From the NCBI GenBank assembly GCA_039803205.1, contig JBDRYB010000015.1, positions 1 through 47,845 of the forward strand: a DNA stretch of 47,845 nt, in the 5' to 3' direction. The first letter of the stretch is position 1. Every line of letters starts with the position of its first letter. Below, one piece after another: positions 47,423 to 47,845 of this stretch. Position numbers and translations under genes: made by a program. This DNA is from a candidate division WOR-3 bacterium (GTDB lineage: Bacteria > Hydrothermota > Hydrothermia > JBDRYB01). The notes below the pieces were generated by a model that was not told the origin of the DNA, searched no databases, and saw only the letters and a list, made by a program, of their open reading frames with translations.

Positions 47423-47578
47423 CACAACAAGCGCTGGGCAGAGGTGAGATACATAGTTGAGCAGAAAATAGCTGGGTTGAAGAGGTATTGCGGCCTGAGA
47501 GGGATGATGCGGATGGGGTTAGGAAGGGTTCAAACCCAGGCTGAGCTATCAGCTATCGCCTTCAACTGCGAGCGATAA
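47423..47578 (+). pseudogene. IS5-family transposase C-terminal remnant
   Basis: Translates as HNKRWAEVRYIVEQKIAGLKRYCGLRGMMRMGLGRVQTQAELSAIAFNCER*, matching the IS5 R..VE....LK...G.R...Y.GL..V........AYNL pattern. No N-terminal DDE region in frame. Confidence 0.7.
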
Positions 47579-47739
47579 GGTGTGATCCTTCGCCCGGATG
47601 GCCTTGAAATCGTTCAACTTAATGACGGTCCTCAGATTCCTGGAGCTCTAGCCAAAATCGGCAAGCCTCGCTTCTAGAGCCAATTACAGCACAAGGATCG
47701 CCGTTGTTTCAGCTGTCTTGGCCCATTTCTAACCCCCCG

Positions 47740-47793
47740 TAAGTCCTTGTTGGACAAGGAGTTCGTTCAAAGTCCTTGTGGCACAAGCACATA
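47740..47793. repeat. Tandem pair of (T/A)AAGT-N15 palindromes
   Basis: TAAGTccttgttggacaaggAGTTC (47740-47764) and AAAGTccttgtggcacaagcACATA (47769-47793). Confidence 0.6.
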
Positions 47794-47845
47794 GCCATAA
47801 TCGTCCCAGGGTTATGGGGCTGTAGTAGCCATTCTCAGCCATGTT

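Noticed and set aside
47019..47447. 142-aa plus-strand ORF from the track
   Set aside because: Ser-rich, no motif, and overlaps the gyrA start and promoter; likely spurious.

Overview
A gene-dense bacterial chromosome segment of moderate GC. The T9SS translocon and cargo protein suggest a Gram-negative FCB-related lineage; candidate phylum WOR-3 is my inference only. From left to right it carries: the 3' part of a YfiR-family gene and a CHASE8-like/HAMP/MCP-like receptor with a degenerate signalling tip; an RsmF-type methylase; a DUF2079 membrane protein; an orphan DNA methyltransferase; several secreted or outer-membrane proteins, including an Asp-box protein with a T9SS-type C-terminal domain; a TsaC/LMW-phosphatase fusion; a Nudix hydrolase; and gltX. 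A dcw cluster follows (mraZ-rsmH-ftsL-ftsI-murE-murF-mraY-murD-ftsW-murG-[MNT-HEPN fusion]-murC-murB-ftsA-ftsZ, no ddl or ftsQ). After it come a radical SAM gene, an SprA-like T9SS translocon, a convergent GT4/Wzy-like/2x transglutaminase operon, purD, a TSUP transporter pair, a GNAT, a gyrA/parC-type gene and an IS5-like remnant. No rRNA, tRNA or CRISPR array was seen. Main observations: (1) an apparently catalytically degenerate MNT-HEPN fusion translationally coupled inside dcw; (2) a recurrent TTGnnn-N18-nAnnnT-N6-start leaderless promoter layout, plus two probable ATA start codons; (3) a recurrent intergenic (T/A)AAGT-N15-ACTT(A/T) palindrome; (4) an active/inactive transglutaminase pair with glycosylation genes next to sprA. 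All calls come from motif recognition by eye, not from database searches.
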